A stretch of 64,000 nt of DNA from an uncultured Bacteriovoracaceae bacterium (GTDB lineage Bacteria; Bdellovibrionota; Bacteriovoracia; Bacteriovoracales; Bacteriovoracaceae), in the NCBI GenBank assembly GCA_964012805.1, contig CAXGUD010000010.1, positions 32,001 to 96,000 on the forward strand, in the 5' to 3' direction. Below, piece after piece: positions 58,652 through 64,000 of this stretch. A program made the position numbers and the translations under genes. Every line of letters begins with the position of its first letter. The first letter of the stretch is position 1. A model generated the notes under the pieces. That model was not told the origin of the DNA and ran no database searches. It saw only the letters and a list, made by a program, of their open reading frames with translations.

Positions 58652-59563
58652 CTAATCATTAGGGTGAGTAGCTTTTTTCGATGTTTTTTTTATCTCGGTT
58701 TTTGCCTCTTTAACGAGGGTTTTAAGAAGGTCCTTCATATCCTTATCCAAATTAAGGTCCTTCGTTTTCTCACGCATAGCTTTAATAAATTCATTAGCAG
58801 AAGGGGCGCTCTTTTTCTTAACCGCCTTCTTTGATACTCCCTTCCCTCTACCTGGAGCAACCGTACCCTTTAAAATCTTCCTCAATTCAGTGCGTTTTCT
58901 TATCTCACCATTTTTTATTTTTTCAAAAATCATTTTTTGCATAGGTCCTTCTTCCAAAGCACCAAACTCAAGAAGAACGTACTTTTCTATGTCAAATACC
59001 TTCGCTGCTTCTCTCAATTCTTTAGGAAGCTTTCCTAATAATATACTTCTATGCACTTCTGACTTAGATATTCCTAAAGCAGCTTGAATCTTTCTTTCAG
59101 AAGCATCAGTTGATTTTTTGTAAGCATAAATTCCATCTGCTTTATCTATGTAATGAAGCTCTTCCCGGGAAGAGTTTTCAGAAAATTGAATGGCCATTAA
59201 CTCTTCTTCTGATTTATCGTCCAGAATAAAACAGGGAGCCTTCTTCATATCGATAGAAGTCATCGCCCTATAGCGGCGCTCACCACATATAAGAGTTAAT
59301 AAACCATTTTCTCTATGCACAACAAGCGGTTGAATAAGGCCATTTGCCTTAATATTTTCAGCTAAATCCTTCAAGGACTTATCATCAAACTTGGTTCTTA
59401 CCTGCTCTTTAACATTAATATTTTTAAGAGAAACTTCTTCTAATTTAGCACCCTTAAGAAGCTTATCGTCTGAGATTTTGAAAATATCGTGATCAAGTCT
59501 ATCTGCTAGTGAAACGGTTTTTCTTTCTTTTTTTGAAACTCTTGGTGCAAAATTCTTGGCCAT
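58652..59563 (-). CDS. parB: ParB/Spo0J-family protein
   Basis: R..FD..L..LA..I...GLIQP.VV, GERRYRA CTP motif, EN..RE.L, HTH. ATG 59563 has a GGAG RBS. Confidence 0.85.
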   Translation of the reverse strand: MAKNFAPRVSKKERKTVSLADRLDHDIFKISDDKLLKGAKLEEVSLKNINVKEQVRTKFDDKSLKDLAENIKANGLIQPLVVHRENGLLTLICGERRYRAMTSIDMKKAPCFILDDKSEEELMAIQFSENSSREELHYIDKADGIYAYKKSTDASERKIQAALGISKSEVHRSILLGKLPKELREAAKVFDIEKYVLLEFGALEEGPMQKMIFEKIKNGEIRKRTELRKILKGTVAPGRGKGVSKKAVKKKSAPSANEFIKAMREKTKDLNLDKDMKDLLKTLVKEAKTEIKKTSKKATHPND

Positions 59564-59604
59564 AATACACTCCACGTCCTTGTGTTAAGTATTGTTGAAA
59601 AAAA

Positions 59605-60378
59605 TTAAAGATTAAGGGCCTCCCATAAAGCATCATAATCCTGTTTTCCTTGATTGTTTTTTCCCAACATAAAAACAGGTTTTTTTAGAGAAATAGACTC
59701 TTGCATCTGAACAAGATTTCTAATGCCAGGGGTACAGTGAAAAGATTGAGCAAGTTCACTCATTCTCTGCTTTTCTATATTCCTTCTCCCATTAACCATC
59801 GAAGGAATAATGGCAAACTCAAGCTTAGGATTTTCTGTTTCTTTTATAATCTCAAAAGTATCCATCAGCTCCTCTAGACCATCGATTGAATAATCTTGAG
59901 CTTGAGTAGGAATAAGTATTTTATTTGAAGCAACTAAGCTCATGATGAGCTCGTCTCCCAAAATAGGTGGAGTATCAATGACAACAAAATCATAGGAGTC
60001 GCCAACTTCCTGTATCCTCTTTTTTAAAAGCCTCTCTTTTCTACCAGCATTTTTTCTTATTTCAGATTCTGACAAGATGAGTAACTTTGATAAATTGGCC
60101 AAATGACGACTAGAGGCAATGATATCGATATTGCCGTGAAAGTCACCCTCACCTTCAGAAGAAATAACAAGATCCTGAAAAGGAACATCCCCAATAAGCC
60201 ACTCAGGAATCAGAGTCCTTTGTATTTGAACGCCCAAAGTGGAACTAAGATTTGCCTGGGAATCAAGGTCTATTGCCAGAACTTTGTTTCCCTTATTGGC
60301 AAGGTGACAAATTAGCTGGTAACACTGCATTGTTTTACCAACACCACCCTTATTATTGCCTACTGTGATAACTTCCAT
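59605..60378 (-). CDS. parA: ParA/Soj-family ATPase
   Basis: NNKGGVGKT, DLDSQANL, IDTPP. Confidence 0.9.
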   Translation of the reverse strand: MEVITVGNNKGGVGKTMQCYQLICHLANKGNKVLAIDLDSQANLSSTLGVQIQRTLIPEWLIGDVPFQDLVISSEGEGDFHGNIDIIASSRHLANLSKLLILSESEIRKNAGRKERLLKKRIQEVGDSYDFVVIDTPPILGDELIMSLVASNKILIPTQAQDYSIDGLEELMDTFEIIKETENPKLEFAIIPSMVNGRRNIEKQRMSELAQSFHCTPGIRNLVQMQESISLKKPVFMLGKNNQGKQDYDALWEALNL

Positions 60379-60570
60379 GAATCACTCCTCTCAATTTTTC
60401 TTTCTAAAAATCAGGATTTTAAGCAAACCTTATTTTTTTATAAAATTTTAGGTCACTCATCACACTCAGTCAAAAAACACTTTCCAAAATGATGCAAAAA
60501 ATCATCTTTACAGAAAGCCTAAAAAATTTTAAGTCTTTTCGCAAAGATAAATATTCTCTAAGAGGAACCT

Positions 60571-61674
60571 ATGCTTGAATTATTTGAATCATCTGCTGAC
60601 TACCTTCCACCAATCAAAGAATCAGAACTTTCAGATGAGGAAGTCTTAAAAGAAATAACATCAATTAAACGAGAATTGGGTAATGATGTTGTGGTTTTAG
60701 GACATCATTACCAACAAGACGATATTGTGCAGTTTGCTGATTATACAGGGGATTCTTTGGCCCTCGCTAAAGAAGCAGCTAAACTTAGCGCTCCTTACGT
60801 CATCTTTTGTGGTGTTCATTTTATGGCAGAAACAGCAGATATGCTAACAAAGCCTGGTCAAAAAGTTATTCTACCCGATCTTAACGCAGGTTGTTCGATG
60901 GCGGACATGGCCAACTCAGAGCAAATAGACGCAGCATGGGAAAGATTAAATACAGCAACTGAAGAAAAAATAATTCCTGTTACTTATATTAATTGCTCTG
61001 CAGAGCTGAAGGCTTTTGTTGGAAAATATGAAGGCAGTATTTGTACGTCGTCAAACGCTCAAAAAATAATCAGTTGGGCCCTTGATAAAGGAGAAAAGCT
61101 CTTATTTTTTCCTGACCAGCACCTTGGTAGAAATACTTGTTTTGATATGGGGATACCCCTAGAAAAAATGGTCATCTATGATCCTACTAAGCCTAAAGGT
61201 GGCCTTACAGACGAACAAATTAAAGACGCCAAAGTCATTTTATGGCATGGATTCTGCTCAGTTCATCAAGGTTTTACAACCTCACAAATAAAAAATGTAA
61301 AAAAAGACTCTCCTGAAACAACAGTTATTGTGCACCCTGAATGTAGGTTCGATGTCGTTCAAGGAGCAGACCTTAATGGCTCAACAGCCTATATTATTGA
61401 AACAATTAGGAAAGCACCCGAAGGTTCTAAATTTGCTGTCGGAACGGAAATAAACCTTGTAAATCGTCTTGCCAATAAATACACTAATAAAAAAATTTTT
61501 TCGCTTTCCCCGTACCAGTGCCTCTGTACAACAATGTATAGAGTCAGACCAAGATGGCTCTTAGCAAGTTTTAAGGCCATAAAAACAGGGACTCCTATTA
61601 ACGTGATCAAGGTCGAAGAAGATATTAAAAGAGACTCTCTTTTGGCTTTGGATCGGATGATGACCATTTCGTAA
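60571..61674 (+). CDS. nadA: Quinolinate synthase
   Basis: GHHYQ, CGVHFMAET, AGCSMADM, YINCSA, PDQHLG, CSVH, HPEC, C.C.TM. Confidence 0.96.
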   Translation: MLELFESSADYLPPIKESELSDEEVLKEITSIKRELGNDVVVLGHHYQQDDIVQFADYTGDSLALAKEAAKLSAPYVIFCGVHFMAETADMLTKPGQKVILPDLNAGCSMADMANSEQIDAAWERLNTATEEKIIPVTYINCSAELKAFVGKYEGSICTSSNAQKIISWALDKGEKLLFFPDQHLGRNTCFDMGIPLEKMVIYDPTKPKGGLTDEQIKDAKVILWHGFCSVHQGFTTSQIKNVKKDSPETTVIVHPECRFDVVQGADLNGSTAYIIETIRKAPEGSKFAVGTEINLVNRLANKYTNKKIFSLSPYQCLCTTMYRVRPRWLLASFKAIKTGTPINVIKVEEDIKRDSLLALDRMMTIS

Positions 61675-61696
61675 TAGAGACCACGGAGGTTTTTTT

Positions 61697-62854
61697 ATGA
61701 TTTATGCTGACTATAATGGAAGTGCTCCTTTAGATTCCCAGGTGAAAAACTACCTTTTAAAAAGATTAGAAGATGGTCCTTTTGCCAACCCAAATGCAAT
61801 CCACAACCTCGGTACTAAAACATTGATGGGTATGGAAAAAGCCAGGAGTATCTGCGCGAAAATATTAGGGGCAAAAAAACACCAAATCTTTTTTAACTCA
61901 GGCTCAACTGAGGGTATTGCCACAGTCTTCCACTCAATCCTTTCAGAAGCGAAAAAAAATCACAAAACCTCATTTATTATTTCTGGCTTTGAACATGCTG
62001 CTATTCCAAATACTGCTAGTTATTATCAAAAAGAGGGCTTTGAAATAAAAACTCTCCCTACAACAAAATCAGGCATCGTCGATCTGGAGGTGCTAAAAAA
62101 GTGGCTAGAAGAAGGAAGAGACCAATTGGCCATGGTATCTATTATGGCCGCAAATAATGAGAGCGGAATTATTCAGCCCTATAAAGAAATTGGTCGACTA
62201 TGTAATAGCTACGGCATACCATTCTTTTGCGACACTACACAATATATAGGGAAAGCTCACTTCAACTTTGAAGAGTCAGAAATGGATTATGCCATCCTTT
62301 CAGGCCACAAGATAGGAGCCCTTACAGGAGCAGGCATTCTATTGGCAAAGGAACCTTCTCTCTTAAAGCCTCTTATTATTGGAGGAGGACAAGAAACTGG
62401 ACTAAGAGGAGGTACACAAAATTATATTGGTAATGAAACCCTTGCGGTTGCCTTAACAAGCGTTGAGGAAAAGTTAGCCCACTCCAAAGAAATTGAATTA
62501 GCAAGAAATGCTTTTGAGAAAGATATTAAAGATAGCTTTCCAGAGGTTGTTATTATTGGTGAGTCCTCGCCAAGGTTAGGTACAACGACTTACCTTTCTT
62601 ACCCAGGTATTCATGGCCAAGCGATTCAAATTGAACTGGAGTCTGATAATATTTTTGTAACCACCTCATCAGCTTGTTCTGATAATAGCCCGGTAACCAG
62701 CCATGTCTTAAAAGCTATGGGTATATCTGATGAAGTTGGTCGGGGAGTTGTTAGAATTTCACTCGGGATGGACTCTCCACTCGGCTACTATAAGGAAATT
62801 GGAGAAAAGCTTAAGAAAGCCTATAGAAAACTTTCCAAGGTCAAAAGCTTTTAA
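61697..62854 (+). CDS. Cysteine desulfurase (NifS/IscS class I)
   Basis: IY.DYN, AANNESG, SGHKIG, GGGQE..LRGGT, SSAC catalytic loop. Confidence 0.9.
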   Translation: MIYADYNGSAPLDSQVKNYLLKRLEDGPFANPNAIHNLGTKTLMGMEKARSICAKILGAKKHQIFFNSGSTEGIATVFHSILSEAKKNHKTSFIISGFEHAAIPNTASYYQKEGFEIKTLPTTKSGIVDLEVLKKWLEEGRDQLAMVSIMAANNESGIIQPYKEIGRLCNSYGIPFFCDTTQYIGKAHFNFEESEMDYAILSGHKIGALTGAGILLAKEPSLLKPLIIGGGQETGLRGGTQNYIGNETLAVALTSVEEKLAHSKEIELARNAFEKDIKDSFPEVVIIGESSPRLGTTTYLSYPGIHGQAIQIELESDNIFVTTSSACSDNSPVTSHVLKAMGISDEVGRGVVRISLGMDSPLGYYKEIGEKLKKAYRKLSKVKSF

Positions 62855-62947
62855 AAATTTTTTCTTCGAATCTTCTATAGATATGATTGCAAAAGTATAG
62901 GTTGAATTGACTTTTCTTTTAATTAAAGTTAACTTAAAAATGGTTAA

Positions 62948-63979
62948 CTAAAGGCAAATCACGACTCCATCTCCATCACAAACCTTTTGAAGACCCTTCT
63001 GGCAAAAAGCCCTCTCTTTTGATCTTTGGCAATGCCCTTTTAAGTACGATATCTTCTCTTGATCAAGACCTTTGGGACAAGCAGGCCACCCTACGGTACC
63101 GCAATTATCCTGACCACAAAACTTATCATTAAACCTTTCACACTTTCCACCAATGACTTCATACCAACCCCAGCGACAATTTTGACAAAAAGAAGCTTCT
63201 TTTTTCCTACAACTTTTACTCCAGGTCTCACATCTAATTGCTTTTCCATCAAAGTATTTTTGATGGGCCAAGCCAACTCTAAAGTCATCAGTAACCTCTC
63301 TTTCCAGGTTAGACCAAAAATAACCTCCTTTAAATAAACCATCTCTCTCAATTGAAGAATATCTAGCTAATCTGTTTTTTAAAAAACTTTTATCTTTCTT
63401 AATCTCCCACTTAATATTCTCTGAGTTTAGATTTATTAAAGGGAATGAAGACCAATGTATTTTGCCTTTTTTTAAATAATTTATAGTTAACATGAACGGT
63501 GGAACTTCTCTTTTTGAATTTTTTGCTAGTATTTTCTGATTAGAGAAGAATATTTTAAATCTCTCTACCTCTGTCACTAAGTCTTTCTTTAGGAACTTAT
63601 CTTCTACATTACATTCACTATCTGTAGGAATTCTTTTGGATAAAATCTGACCAAATATTTTTTCCTTTTTTCTTTTTTTATCAACATAAGGTACTTTATA
63701 AAATAAACACTCTGAGTAAGCTTCATCACCCCCGCCACCTAAAACACTAAACTTTGCCAGCAATTGCCATGTCAAGTATGGTCTAGAGATAGGTTGATCC
63801 ACATTAAAATAGTGCTGGTTAACAATACTTAACTTATGCGTATAGGCCCAATCCACATATTTTTTTGCCTCAAATACATCAGATGCTAATTCTTTCTCCT
63901 TCAAAATATCACAAGAGAAAAGGCTAAAAATTGTCATTATTAATAAAAGGGAAAACCTCATTTTAGTTTCCTCATACAT
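62948..63979 (-). CDS. Hypothetical lipoprotein with Cys-rich C-terminus
   Basis: Lipobox-like LFSC; C-terminal region with many Cys (C..CRWGW...CG...CG..G.PAC). Confidence 0.72.
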   Translation of the reverse strand: MYEETKMRFSLLLIMTIFSLFSCDILKEKELASDVFEAKKYVDWAYTHKLSIVNQHYFNVDQPISRPYLTWQLLAKFSVLGGGGDEAYSECLFYKVPYVDKKRKKEKIFGQILSKRIPTDSECNVEDKFLKKDLVTEVERFKIFFSNQKILAKNSKREVPPFMLTINYLKKGKIHWSSFPLINLNSENIKWEIKKDKSFLKNRLARYSSIERDGLFKGGYFWSNLEREVTDDFRVGLAHQKYFDGKAIRCETWSKSCRKKEASFCQNCRWGWYEVIGGKCERFNDKFCGQDNCGTVGWPACPKGLDQEKISYLKGHCQRSKERAFCQKGLQKVCDGDGVVICL

Positions 63980-64000
63980 CTAAAGGATATCCTAAGCTCT

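Noticed and set aside
1343..63351. The many 60-126 aa ORFs nested in or antisense to larger genes (e.g. 8459-8839, 22774-23019, 39216-39473, 45128-45454, 48982-49302, 63059-63337)
   Set aside because: Almost wholly overlapped by well-supported CDSs, with shadow-frame composition and no motifs.

Overview
AT-rich, densely coding bacterial chromosome segment. Gene content and style suggest a Bdellovibrionota, probably Bacteriovoracaceae/Halobacteriovorax-like, organism; this is inferred from the membrane-bound CheA-like kinase, many Cys-rich exported hypotheticals, RxPAS motifs and sigma28-type promoters, and was not checked by search. Most of the window is housekeeping or metabolic: an ABC-F ATPase (cut by the window edge and missing from the ORF track), murG, ung, moeB/moeZ, tRNA-Leu(TAG), a five-gene peptide ABC transporter, cystathionine beta-synthase and gamma-lyase, M28 and M3 peptidases, rpiB, ahcY, type II thrB, a THUMP methyltransferase, pfkA, gdhA, parAB, nadA and a cysteine desulfurase. 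I saw no integrase, transposase, phage genes, rRNA or CRISPR array. The best candidates for uncharacterised systems are: (1) a co-oriented, partly overlapping run of SUV3-like helicase, DUF455 di-iron ferritin-like protein, ATP-grasp-like protein and a membrane protein with Glu/Tyr-rich repeats; (2) a PhaR-N regulator, beta-barrel and asymmetric ArsA/Get3 pair; (3) a TPR lipoprotein followed by a possible divergent LolB; (4) a 7TM-DISM multi-HPt CheA-like kinase with no CheW domain; (5) an orphan parAB pair; (6) a secreted lipase-like pair. All family calls come from motifs read by eye, not from database searches.
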